A DNA stretch of 63,198 nucleotides, filler included, from Dugesia japonica (lineage: Eukaryota), in the NCBI GenBank assembly GCA_001938525.1. It is 6 parts of 6 records of this genome, joined end to end, with 100 filler letters (N's around TTAATTAATTAA, not from the genome) between each part and the next. Parts side by side here need not be neighbours in the genome. Positions count along the whole stretch, not along the records: positions 9,159 to 23,045 come from MQRL01617907.1; positions 23,146 to 31,451 come from MQRL01625971.1; 4 more parts are not named here. One strand, 5' to 3'. The notes beneath the pieces were generated by a model, which was not told the origin of the DNA, did not search any database, and saw only the letters and a list, made by a program, of their open reading frames with translations. Below, one piece after another: positions 11,709-24,669 of the stretch. Both the position numbers and the translations under genes were made by a program. How positions within the stretch are numbered: position 1 is the stretch's first letter; each line of letters starts with the position of its first letter.

Positions 11709-12428
11709 ATGGCAGATATTCGCAATTGATCACACAAGCAATATAAAATTCTCAAGCAGATAGATTTATGCAACAAAGATAATGGAGATAATGTTGATTC
11801 TATACCTAATAAAGGATACTAAGAGTTGTCAATCGTCAATCAAGCCTATACACTGAACTATATGGACAATTTGAATATGTGTATAGTTAATAAAGCAGAG
11901 ACAATAAAAAGAGAATACAATCTGGAACCGTTCATGAATCCCTTGAAAGAAATATCTAACAACGAAATTTTGTTGTATCGATATAAGTTTGGGAAGAAAC
12001 TTCAAAAGGGTTTTCATGCTTTGATAGAAATTCAATTTTTTGATATTTTGGTGGTAATATTATTATTAATATTAATACAATAATTATTATTTAATTAGGT
12101 ATTAAGAAAAGAAGAAAGAATTAAAAAACTTCAATTCGATCTAAATGGTCTTGAAAACATGACATTTTTGATGAAAAACTTGGTAAGGTTTTGTGAAATT
12201 GATCCGCCAACAGTAGCTATCGAGATTTATAAGGAAGAAAAAGTAAACATTACTAATAAATTGAACATGGACATACAAAATCAGAGTTCAGAGATAATCA
12301 GTATAAACAGTACAAATGTTAAAATGCAANCTCTGCCCATTGTATTTGGTAAGCAAAGACAGTGTCGTGTGGATAGGAAAAAAAGCGGTAATATATTTTT
12401 TTATTTATGTAAATTTATTAATTATTAA
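11709..12428 (+). pseudogene. Intron-containing orphan gene convergent on polB
   Basis: ATG 11709 is in frame with ORF 11826 (two stops); a phase-0 45-nt GT-AG intron 12054-12098 joins it in frame to ORF 12159-12428. Confidence 0.6.
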
Positions 12429-13071
12429 TGTGCAGTGTTAAACAATCACACCAACATCTTGTTTCTTGGTTGAAAAAGACTTCGTTTTGTTAAGTGTTGT
12501 AAATATTTTGTGTACTTTTATGTGTTGTTTTTTCAAAGTTATATAATAATATTTTTTTAATCAAAGTCTTTTTTAATTTTAAATATATAATTTAAATTAA
12601 ATCTTATAATTAAATAAAAAATCTTTTTTTAAATAAAAAATCTTTTTTTAAATTACTTTCTTAAATTGTTGGTAATATTTTTAATTCGGATACGAAATAC
12701 TTTCTTTCAATATTTTCCAGCATTTATTCTAGTGTAAGGTCCAAATTCATTATCGATATTATTAATTCATTATTAATGGACATTTAAATTTATTTTGTTT
12801 ATATTTAACATGTATGTGTCATGCACAATGCATGCACAATGCATGTTTGCATTAAAACAAAACTTAATAAATAATAAAAAACAAATGATAATAACCACGT
12901 TTATTTAAATAAATACAATAATGTACAATTTTGATACAATACGTTTACAAATGTTTTTTCAAAATATTTTCTTTTTTTGTAGTCATAATCTAAACAAAAA
13001 AAAATTAAAATAGCATTTAAAAAACAAATAAATAAATACCGTTTGTTTATTAGAACGGTTTTTAGAAAAAA

Positions 13072-15535
13072 CTACTTAATACTATAATGACCATATGGGA
13101 CACTGTTATTTTTACCTTATCATCTGTATTACTCAGTGCTATTTTGTTCGACTTAATGCTATACAATTGATGATTTTTGGTGGTTATTCGAAATTTTTCC
13201 ACCGAGATTGATTTGTTCTATTATAACAGTCAAAGTAAGACTAATGAGAGATTTCTGTGTTCTTCAATGATATGCCATTTGGCCCTCATGCTGTTCTTAT
13301 CTCCGAGCAAGCTATAGCATTTCGGCCTCAAAAATACCCACTCTTGATACTTCTTCCCTTTATTCTCATCTTTAAATTTTCCTATAACTATTACTATAGA
13401 GTAAATACTGTTACTATAAAGGGAATGATCTTTATCATAATTTGAAGGATCAAGTAGCTGATCTCTCACCATACTTGTTGTTATTTTTTCTAATTTAGTA
13501 TTTTCTATTTCTAGTAAAAACTATCTGTATCGCCGGCTACAATATTAATTTTTCAATTATATTCCTTCCTGTACTTATCCAACTCAATGTACTGAATTTT
13601 GTACATTCTCAATTTTGAGAGGTCAAGTATAGTTTGTCCTATGAAGCTTGGATGATCTAAACAAACTATGTCCTTATTGAGAAGAACCACTATCAAATCA
13701 TCAACAATTTTGGTAGCTTTCTTAAATCCGGCTTTTGATGTATGTAATCAGCTTTTTTGCTAAATTACAAAAGCGCAAATTGATCCTGTTCTTGAGATTC
13801 TCAACTGATTTTCCCTATAGACTGTTACTTAACTGTTTACAATAATTTTTATCCAATTCCGAAACACAATTTGATCTGAGAATTGTGTTGGTGTTGATAT
13901 AATTCTCGAATATTGCTGGCTAGCTGAATTGAACTCCTCGATGAACCTCTATTACTTAAACTGTTAAACTTAAATACATTTGCTGCAATCTCCAGTGCAC
14001 TACGTTATTGTTCTTGAAATAGGGCGTTAACATTAATTTCTTTATTTTACAACCTGGATCCCTTCTATGTTTTGCTGCAACCGGAAAATCATTCAAATAA
14101 TCATGAATTTCTGCAGGAATCACCATGTCTACCTCTAAAGTGTATCCATATGGTAATGAATCTAGATCTACATTCTTACACTCTTCCAAAACCCTATCTA
14201 ATCCATCATAAATCCATTCAAAATTTGCTAAGGGCAACTTTTGACTAAGTGCTTAACCATATAGATTATTAATATCTATATACAACAAGTCAACATTTTC
14301 ACTAGTGGCAACATGGTGATTATTAATGAATTTTAACCCTCCTCTTATACCTTCTTCGTAAAAGGTGTACATATCGTTATTTTGGAGCAACTCAATTGTT
14401 TTTTCTATTGACTTCAATGCAAATGCTCATGACATACCAGGTATTCAGAAAAAAATTCAATGGCTCCAAGTTGTTGTGTGCTACAGACTTTGCACAGAAT
14501 TGCTGAAAATATCAGCTAATAAATACACATCCATCTTTAAATATAACACCAAATAGTCCAACAAATTTGTACAGCTGAATATTTCCCACATCGATAATGC
14601 TTTTTTATACTCTTACCTACTAATATCCTCTCATTTTGGTGGCATTTGCTTTGTTTCTTCCCAAACCTGTAAGCTTGTTGCAAAACTGTACGAAAATATC
14701 CCTTTGGCTTCGTAATAATCTGATTCATAAACTTCTCTGTAGTCAAAGGTGTCGCTTTTAAGGATCTAACAACAAAGTCCAATGAGGAATTTATGAACTG
14801 ATAGCTGTTGATGAACTTAATTGTTGTTTTATTTTGCCGTCAATTAAACATAGAAATTTTTCTGATGTTGTTGAGATGCATGATATTGCCCAATTCCTGA
14901 ACTTATTAATAACATACTTCAGACTATGATGAAGATTAAATCCTCGTAAATTATGAAAGACCACTGGTAGTTGAATATGCAGTTGTCTAATTAAATTGCA
15001 TTGATTACATGCTGCTCTTCTATATTTCTCTGTGAAATGGTCGTGGTCACGAACGGGATATCTTATTTCTTTCTTGCATAAGTAACAAATTTTTGCAGCT
15101 CTAAATTCTTCATCTTGAACCTTTGTTATTATAATTTTCATTTTTCCTTTTGTTTCATGATAAGGAAATACAATATTTTCACTTATTTCCTCCACAGCCT
15201 TTAAAAACTTATACACACAGTCATCTCCAATAAATTGTCTGTTTGTTGATTCGTTGGTAAAAGTACTAATCAACAATAGACTAGCCGAAACGGGTAAATG
15301 TTTCTGGAAATGCTTCTCGTCTGGAAGAAAAACCGATTCAAAGTCAGCATATATCATGAAAGGTGGTGTTATTGTTTTCAAATAATCCTTAAAGATTAAA
15401 TTCTTCTCCGATTGCATGGTATACATTGTGGAACCTGTCTGGATTTTTTCGCAAATTGGTTCATGCTTTTCATAAGCTACTCTATTTTTTAACCTATTGA
15501 GATACTTAGGACACCATGTTGATTAAATACGAACA
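13072..15535 (-). pseudogene. polB: Protein-primed family B DNA polymerase (Polinton type), 5'-truncated and frameshifted
   Basis: IYADFES (ExoI), CYLC..VRDHDH..AACNQCN, VVFHNLRGF, GIRGG, YIDINNLYG (motif A), K.LSNSL.GKSVEN (B), GDTDS (C), GKFKDE, FLRPKCYS, ALSNTDDK, PYGHY. Confidence 0.95.
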
Positions 15536-16482
15536 AGTAGATAGATTGGAGTGCACTGATACAAATCCACCCGGGGGAAGAAAAAATTTTTGTTTCAGAA
15601 ATTTGATTGGCTGCAAACATGTTTTCTAGCATTTGAACGGTAAAAAATTTTTGGTGTGTGATAACGTAGTTACAGTTTTGTCAGTAATACTGCAATTCGA
15701 TTGGTCGATTTTTTTCCATTTGTTGATGATGTCATGATAACGCAATGACAATAAATTGTTACGTAACTGTTACGTAATTATTATTTGTTTTAATTGATTG
15801 AATATTTATGATTTTCTTTGTCTAAATCAATTGCATTTATATATATTTTTAATTTAAATTAACTGAAATTAATGATTTTTTTGTTTAAACTAATCGAAAA
15901 TAATTATTTTTTTTGTTTAATTTAAGTGAAATTAATGATTTCTTGATTAAAGTAAATGAATGATATTTTAAATAAATTTTTTCGCTGGTAATATTAATAT
16001 TAGCCGCGCCTGTCAATATTAATATTAAATTTCTCCGGCAATGTTAATATTAACATTTAATTTCTCCAAACAATATTTACATTAGTGGCTCAGGTTTCGT
16101 ACTAATGGATGTTTTTGTGTTCATACTATGAGATGTTGGTTGGAAACAGTATTTGTTATAGGGTACAAACTATGAGATGTCTATGAGTATGCACTCTTGG
16201 CAGTAACCGACATTAGATCCTCCCTGAACAAACCATTTAATTCTCCTGACATTAGATGTTCACAGTTCTATTAATATTAGCTGCTCACCCAAAGAATTGA
16301 TTACTACTTCAAGGAAAATCATTTTTAATATTTATATTTATGTAAAATTACTCTTCGTCTTAGTATAATTAATGAAATCAGTATATTATTTGCATTCTTA
16401 TTAAAATTATTATCAATAATATCATTAAAAATTATTTTCATACATTGTTTCAATAACAGTTTTGATTGAATTCCATACCATT

Positions 16483-16790
16483 AAATTACCTCCTCCGACA
16501 TGTACAGTCCGACGGACCGAATCCATCAAGGTCCGTTAACATCCAATCGAAGCCGTTCATAATTGAACTTATCGATAAGCTTGTGTAGTTTTAACTAGAC
16601 TAAGCTCGATTATAGTATGTACATCTCTGGCAGCAATGCTTCCAACCGTTCACATCCGTTCTCAAATATAAATTGCTATAACTGTATAATTTTTATAAAA
16701 TAAAAACAGTTAGTCTTTAACGCTAATATTTGGCTAGACTCAGATCCACAAATTGGTAAAGAATTCAAATGTCAACTGTTATTAACTAAA
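16483..16790 (-). pseudogene. Relic of a small spliced orphan gene, copy 1 (homologous to 35583-35870)
   Basis: NSLPICGSESSQIL..GCERLEALLPEM..LKLHKLIDKFNYERLR..IRSVGL ending at a GAG|gtaat donor. Confidence 0.55.
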
Positions 16791-17459
16791 TCTTTAGATT
16801 AAATCATTACAGACAATTATTTCTTGTTATCATTAAGGAAAAGCATTACTAAAATTTTATTTAGTTAAATCATTTAAGAAAAACATTATCATTTAAATAA
16901 AAGTATTAAAACGCAATTTAAATAAAATAAATTCTTACTTATTTTCAAAGTTCATAATAATAATCATAATTCGTAATACGTTACCATATCTCCAATAACT
17001 TAAATCCTCTCATTAAGAATTCATAACAATTATGATCTGAAAATCAATTTATTAACTGAAATAAATTATTAATTTTAAAAATCATTAACTTTAAATAAAA
17101 TCGTTACGAAAATTATTACAATTTACGAAAATCATTACCGTTTAATTTCAATAAAAATAAATCCTTACTTATTTTCATAATTTATCAAAATTTATAATAA
17201 TATTGATCTAAATAGATTTTCATATTATATGTATCACAATTCGTAATAGGTTTTTCTAAATAATCTAAAATAAAATAAATAATACAGCAATTTAAATAAA
17301 AAATATTACTTGATATTCTTAAAATAGCGAAATAATGATGAAATAATATGAAATTATTCCATTCAAGCTATATTTACGTAATATGTTTAAAACAAAATTA
17401 TTTATTAATAAATAATTGTTTAACATATTTTAATTAATATGATTTAGCAAAATCAATTT

Positions 17460-17885
17460 TAAAAATATTAATTTGAACTGATAAATTTTAAATTTTAATT
17501 TATACTAATTTTAAACTGTTTAATTTTGATTTGTATTAATTTTGAGCAGATAAATTTTGATTCATATTAATTTCAAACTGATATATTTATAATTATAAGC
17601 TGCTAAATATTGAATCATCTTAATTTCAAACTGATAAATTTTGATTTGTATTAATTTTAAACTGTTTAATTTTGTTTCTTTTTAAATTTAAGCAGATAAA
17701 CTTTGATTCATAATAATTATAAGCTGCTANACTTTGATTCATATTAATTTCAAGCTGTTAAATTTTGATTTGTATTGATTTTAAACTGTATAATTTTGAT
17801 TCTTATAAATTTTAAGTTGAGACAATTTGATTCTTATTAAATTTAAACTGTTAAATTCTTATCTTAAAATCTTATGAATTTTAAG
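17460..17885. repeat. ~31-bp degenerate tandem array
   Basis: Unit taattttaaactgtttaattttgatttgtat. Confidence 0.85.
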
Positions 17886-17889
17886 GTTT

Positions 17890-20125
17890 ATGATGAAAGA
17901 TGTATTTTCAATGATGAGTTCTATACTTTCTATATAGTTGTCTCTAACTTTCTTTGATGACTCATGTATTATCCTATATATTCTATGATGAAGTGTCTAT
18001 GTTTTGTGATGGAACTATAATTTTCCATGACAAAGTGATTATTTTCCATGTTGAAGTGTTTGTTTTCAATAATGCAACCTATATTTTACATGGTGATATA
18101 GAAATTTAGTATGTTTATGAATTTTGTGTGGTGAAATGTATTTTAAAAGAGATAAATTAGAAATTTCAATGTGATTAACTATAATTTTAGTGTGACGAAT
18201 TATAAGTTAAATTTGTTGGTTTGAAATTTTATCTGCTGACTTAGAAATTTTATTATTTTCTATTTAATCTTTGATTGCTAATGAATACTTCTGTGTAATT
18301 TCTAAGACTTTTAATAGAAATATACAATGTCTGAAATATTTTATTGACTTATATGTATTTTCTAATAAATTTCATGACTTCTATATACCGTTACCACGAT
18401 GAATTATAATTTAATGTACTGGTTTAGAAATTTAATGTGTGTACGTAGAATTTTACCGGGATTAAATGAAATCTTTGTGTAATGTGTTGCAATTTAAGTG
18501 TGATAGATTATAATGCTTATGTGATGAATTTATGTATAGAATTTGTATGTGTTGACGTTGAAATTTACTTGTTCAGTGTTAATTTTTATGACTCAAATTA
18601 GACTTTTGTGAGATGGATAATAATTTTAAACCGGTGACTTTAAAATTTCAATGTGACGAAATATATTTTTAGTGTGACTAATTATAAGTTCACTTGTTGA
18701 TTAGAGTTTATATGTAATGACTAATAAATTTTATGTAACAAACTAGACTTAGAAATTTAATGTATTGGCTTAGAAGTTTTATGAGATGTCATAGAAGTTT
18801 GTTTGATAAAAGTAATTTTGATGCATGGATTATAATTTTTATGTGTTGAGTTACAGTTTAGTGTGATGGATTATAAATTAAATTTGTTGGTTTAAATTTT
18901 TATCTGTTGACGTAGAAATTTTATTATTTTCTTTGTAATCTATGAATGTAATTGAATACTTCTGTGTAATTTTAAAAACTTTTAAATAGAAATATACAAT
19001 GTTTGAAATTTGTTTTGACTTATATGAATTTTTAAATAATTGTTATAACTTCTATATAACTTTAGCATGAATGAATTATCCTTTTTATGTACTGGTTTAG
19101 AAATTTTATGTGGCTACTTAGAATTGTACTATAAGGAATGAAATTTTGTGAGATAGAATGTAATTTTAGTGTAATGTGCTACAATTCTGTGTGATGGATT
19201 GTAAGTTAAGTATGATAGATTATAATTTTATATGTTGGCTTAGAAATCTCAATGTGATGAACTATAATTTTAGTGTTACAGATTATGAGTTTAACTGGCT
19301 GGTTAGAATTTTTATCTGTTGACTAAGAAATTATACGTAACAAACTAGAAATCATGTGCTGACTTAGACATTTTATGCCTTGGCCTATAAGTCTTATGAG
19401 ATGTCTAAGAATTTTGTCTGATTAAAAAGATTTTAATGCATGGAATTTAATTTTTATGTGCTGACTTACAATTTGTGTAATGAAATATAATTTTATTGTG
19501 TTGGATTACAGTTTAAGTGTGATGGAATGTAATTTTAGTTTGATGGATCATAACTTTTATATGATGACTTAGAAATGTTATGCGTTAAAAAGTTTTACTT
19601 TTTGAGTGTTAATTTTTATGCGTTAGATTAGACTTTTGTTAGACGGATCGAAATTTTAAAGTGTTTACTTAGAAATTTCAATGTCATGAACTACATTCTA
19701 GTATGACAGGTTATAAGTTTAACTTGATGGTTAAAAGTTTTATGTGTTGACTAAGAGATTTTCTGTGACAAAAGTAATTTTAGTGTCTGGATTATAATTT
19801 TAAAGTAATAACTTAAAACTTTCAATGTGATGAACAATAGTTTAGTGTGATTGATATTAATTTTTCTGATTGGTTTCAATTTTTTTTGTGTTGACTTGGA
19901 AATTTGATTTACTTTTTTATAATTTATGAAACTTTTTTAATAACTTTTATGTAATTTTTGAAATGTTTACTTAACTTCCATGTAATTTATGATAATTTCT
20001 CATGACTTATATTTAATTTTAATATAATTGAGTATATTTTTATGTAATGAAATGTAATTTTATGTATTGGCTTAAAGTTATTACATGTGGAGTGTTAATT
20101 TTTGTATGACGGAATGCAATTTGAG
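17890..20125. repeat. ~21-bp degenerate T/G-rich tandem array with higher-order duplications
   Basis: Units tgtgatggattataattttta and tgtgttgacttagaaatttta; ~18190-18440 repeated at ~18860-19110. Confidence 0.85.
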
Positions 20126-21000
20126 AGAATGCTAGTGTGGTGTGGGAAAAGTCAGTAATTGATTGTGAAAAGTGAGAGAATATTAGTAATTATAAGAGGA
20201 GATCATTGCAGAATGTGAGAATACCAATGGATAGTGTGAAAAGAGCAGTGGAAATGGAAGAATACTAGTAGACAGTGGGAGAAGATCAGTAGAGAGTGTG
20301 AAAAGAGCAGTGGATAGTGAGTGAATATTAGTGGATATTGATAGAATACCAGGGGGTAGAGAGAGAAAACAAGTAAACAGTAAGTGAAGACCTATGTAGA
20401 GAGAGAATATGAGTAAAAATCACAGAATACTAGTAGATGGTGTTAGAAGATCTGTTGGCAGTGAGCAAATACCATAAGATACTGAGATAACACTAGTGGA
20501 TGGTGATAGATTAGCAATGGATAGTGACAGAAGAACTGTATGAGTTAGATAAGACCAGTAAATAGTGAGAGGAGATGAGTAAAGAATTGTAAACAACCAG
20601 TGGATAGTGAGAGAATACCAGTGAATATCGAGAGAATATAAGTAGAGAGTGGAGATTACATTTGGATAGTGGCAGAAAACCTTTATAGAGTGTGAGTAGA
20701 CCAGTGGAGAGGTACAGAATACCAGGAGAAGGGGTTGAAGACTAGTAAAAAGTCAGAGATGGCCTGTAGAGAGTAGTAGAATACTTGTAGAGAATAGGAG
20801 AATACCAGTGGATAGTAAAAGAATACCAATGTGGAGTAAACGAAAGCAAGTGAGTGTGACATAAGACCATCGAAAAGTGAGAGTTATGAAGTAATTATGA
20901 GAGTAAACCTGTGAAAAATAGTTAAAACCTAGTAAGAATGAGAAACGGCTAGCGAAGAGCGAGAAAAAACAGTTAAGAAAGTGTGAAGAGCAAGGGAAAT
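20126..21000. repeat. ~21-bp degenerate purine-rich tandem array
   Basis: Unit ccagtggatagtgagagaata. Confidence 0.85.
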
Positions 21001-21034
21001 AAAAACTGTAAATACTTATATTGTTGGGAAATCA

Positions 21035-21605
21035 CATGATCATAATATTGGTCAGTGAATATTCACATTAGTATAACCCATGAGATGTTAACATTGACAT
21101 TGATATTATCATTGTTATTGCCCGGTGAATGTTAACGTCAATATTAATATTAATATTACCGGGGGAAGAATACATTAACATTAATATTAATATTGCCCAT
21201 ATGATGTTAACATTAATATTAATCTTAACATTAAAATTGTCCAGCAATTCTTTTATTCTGCAATAGAAATATCTCTTGGCAATGAAAATATTCCATATAC
21301 ACAATGGGTTTTCTTTCACTCTCAACTGACTTTCTCTCACTATATCTAACATCATTTGAGAACATCATGATCCAAATATTGGCCATTGGATATTAACATT
21401 GCCATTGATATTATCATTAATATTGACTGGTGGATGTTAACGTTAATATTAACCTTAATATTAATATTGCTCGGGGATGTAACCATTAACATTAATATTA
21501 ATATTTCCCGGGGAGGTAAACATTAATATAAATATTAATATTGCTGACGAAATTTAATGTTAATATTAATATTGACAGGCGCGGCTAATATTAATATTAC
21601 CAGCG
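21035..21605. repeat. Subterminal array of AATATT/GTTAAC palindromes separated by short GC-rich spacers
   Basis: gttaacattaatattaatatt(gcccgg..) units; mirrored at 15985-16085, related copies at 22245-22345 and ~39660-39690. Confidence 0.75.
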
Positions 21606-21945
21606 AAAAAATTTACTTACAATATCATTCATTTACTTTAATCAAGAAATCATTAATTTTACTTATATTAAACAAAAAAAATAATTATTTTCGATTAGTT
21701 TAAACTAAAAAATCATTAATTTCACTTACCCGTTAAATAACAAACTTGTTATTATTGTGTAATCATGACATCATCAACACATACAAAAAATCCACCAGTC
21801 AAATTGCAGTATTACTGACAAAATTACGTAACCACACAACAAAAAATTTCAACCATGCAAACACTAGCAGCTAATCAAATTTCTGACACGAAAAATTTTT
21901 CTATCCCCGAGGGGGGATGTTTGTATCAATGCGCTACTATCTACC

Positions 21946-22400
21946 TAGATAGATATGCAGTGGTGCACGGGAACACCCTCCCCTCGAGAGAAATTTTTTT
22001 TCGGCCGATTATTTTTTCATTATATTTTCTTCATTTTTTTGTTTAAATGAAGTGAAGTTAATTATTTTGTTTTAATGAAGTAAAATTCTCGATTTATTGT
22101 TTAAATTAACGAAATTAGTTATTCTTTGTTTTAATTAATCTAAATTAAGTGATTATGAATAATGTTTGAGTTTCTTCATGGAAAAGTTACTGAAAAGCTT
22201 ATGTTTGGTTAAATTAAACAAAATTCATCGAATGTGATTTTATCCCCGACAGTATTAACATAAAATATTCCCTCTTTCAATATTAACATAAAATATTTCC
22301 CCCGAGCAATATTAATATCAACAATAATCGCTCTAAGAAATATTAAGATTAGATACTTATCAGACAATGTTAAAAAATATATATAAAAAACAAAATGAAA
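21946..22400 (+). mobile_element. Third terminus of the same family, fused head-to-head to the right end of E1
   Basis: tagatagatatgcagtggtgcac..cccctcgagagaaattttttttcggcc followed by the same AT-rich and aatattaac subterminal blocks. Confidence 0.7.
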
Positions 22401-24669
22401 AAACAAATCAAAACATGAAATTTATTGTTGATAAAACATGAATAATCGGTCATTGTGTACAGATGTTTAAATCTGGAACTTAATTGTAAATTATTTTTAA
22501 TAGTATAAATTAATTAGTTTAAATAACAAAAAAAATACCAATAAATATATTTCTTTTCATAATAATTAAGTTATATCATTAAGTTCCATTAAAATCATTA
22601 AATTATATAAAAGTTATATAGTTAAAATTTGATAATATTATGTAAAGTTTAAATCATTACAATGAAAATTGAAATGAAATTATAATCAAATTAAAATAAA
22701 AGCATTTACTTATACTTATTAAAAAAAGTCATTGTTAGTTGGGTTTAAAAAGCTCACCGTATTATCAATATCAAAATCCAAATTCATAACAATAATTTAT
22801 TAAAATCAAACTATAACCAACATTAGTTGTTAAACAAACAAATTAAAATCATGTGTTTTAATTGATGATCTTCTTTACTAAAATTTAAAAATTAAAACTT
22901 TTATTTATTAAAAAATTAAACTTTCATTAATTTTAATTTATTCTTAAACTAATATTTGTTTTATAATTACTATTATGGTGAGAATAATTGTTGGACTTAA
23001 CCATTGATCGCATTTGAGATTTCATTAAAATAAGAAAAGGCTTCGNNNNNNNNNNNNNNNNNNNNNNNNNNNNNNNNNNNNNNNNNNNNTTAATTAATTA
23101 ANNNNNNNNNNNNNNNNNNNNNNNNNNNNNNNNNNNNNNNNNNNNATAAAGTTGCATTTAGTTATGTTTTTTTAAATTATTAATTTTATTTTTTTGTGGA
23201 ATTTTTCGGGAACCTATCTTAATTATTTTTATAGATTCTCCAATTAAATTCTTATTCATTTTACGTTGTTTCAGTCTGCGTCGCAAAATTTAGGAACGTA
23301 TCTACGACGCAAATTGGAGTTCAGGTATACTTCTATTAAAGCTAATCTTAGACTAGTACAAACCAATTCAATAAGAAACACTTTCAAATTTCTCCTAAAT
23401 AGGGATCATCACTTGATATTGACATAGAATGAAAAAGGGAACTTGATGTCTTAGAACAAAATTCTTATGTTTATTGTGATTAATCAATTAAAAATATTTG
23501 TCATCAGACATCTTAAAATACTTTCAAAATCTATCAATCAGAAACTTCAGTAATTATTGGCGTCCAACTTTGTTGCTTCGATGGGCTTGTGTTTTGGTAA
23601 GCTCAAATGAACTTAAACAAAGTTAAGTTTATGCAAGATTGTTTTGTAATCAATTTAAAGTACAAATTAATACTATTTTAAAATTAATACTATTTAATAG
23701 TGGTGCATGTTTAAAAGCAAAAAAACAGGTTCTAAATGTTCGACTTTGAATATTCCCTGGAACTACTCTTGTCCTCCGAACTGATGCGATCAGAGTTAAA
23801 ACACTTGTGTCAACGACACACAAATTTATTGTGACTAGCCATTTTGCCGTCTGCATCATTGATCTATATTGCGGCTTCTTTGTATAAAGTTCTCGTTCCG
23901 AGCTATAATGAATCAAGATTTAAAGGTCGTTTTTTCAAATAAGTCTAAAATTTAAGAAAAGTTGAGATTAGAACACTTTGTAAAAAAAATTATAGGCTTC
24001 ATAAAAAGTATGGAAAAAACTTCCAAGGGCCGTATAAAAAACACGTTCAAAACATTTACACAACATTTTTACTTCTAGTAGTTAATATATCGTAAAAATA
24101 CTATTTGATTTTATTCATATGGTGATTCGTAAAAAGTAAAAATACGTTTATATTTACGGACATTGCTTTGTATATGCATTATTGATTCATTAATTTATTA
24201 TTAATGTATAAAATATCAATTCAAATATTTGTGATTTCAAGTATCTTTAGTTGTTGTCATTTCTGTAAATATAAACATTTTATTATAAGTCCTTAGGATT
24301 TTATGAATCACTCTGTATTTATATTTAAATTATATTCATTTTTTGTCTATTTATGTTGATAATATCTACAAAAACTTAGGAAGAAAAAATTGTGCAGAAG
24401 GTTTCATATAGGTCAACAAGTTGTGATTTTGCAAACAAACACTTCTTGAGAGGAAAGTAGACTGTGGCAAAACCCAGGCGGCAATTTGATGAATCGGAGG
24501 TACCATAAACTTAAGAGCGTCTTTACTCAACAAATGGTTTTATATGGTTATTAATTCAAAAGTAGACATTTTCAAAGTTTATTAAAAATTAAATAAATCA
24601 ATAATATATAAACAAATATGTTTAAATATTATATCTTAATCTTTTTGAACATTTGTTTTTTTAGCCCCT

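Larger units (their letters stand above)
15536..21945. mobile_element. 6.4-kb non-autonomous element (E1) with ~550-bp terminal inverted repeats and Polinton-like AGTAGATAG ends
   Basis: 15536-~16080 is the reverse complement of ~21500-21945, near-identical over 15860-16060 vs 21535-21725; the interior is tandem arrays plus one exon relic; no TSD seen. Confidence 0.88.

Noticed and set aside
1-15535. One complete Polinton made of the capsid module (scaffold 1) plus polB (scaffold 2)
   Set aside because: An artificial spacer separates them; physical linkage is not shown.
20126-21605. CRISPR-like array
   Set aside because: Eukaryotic context, degenerate units, no unique spacers of constant length, no cas genes.
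23400-23930. Cys-rich possible exon remnants
   Set aside because: Stops in the candidate frame and no recognisable domain; not supportable.
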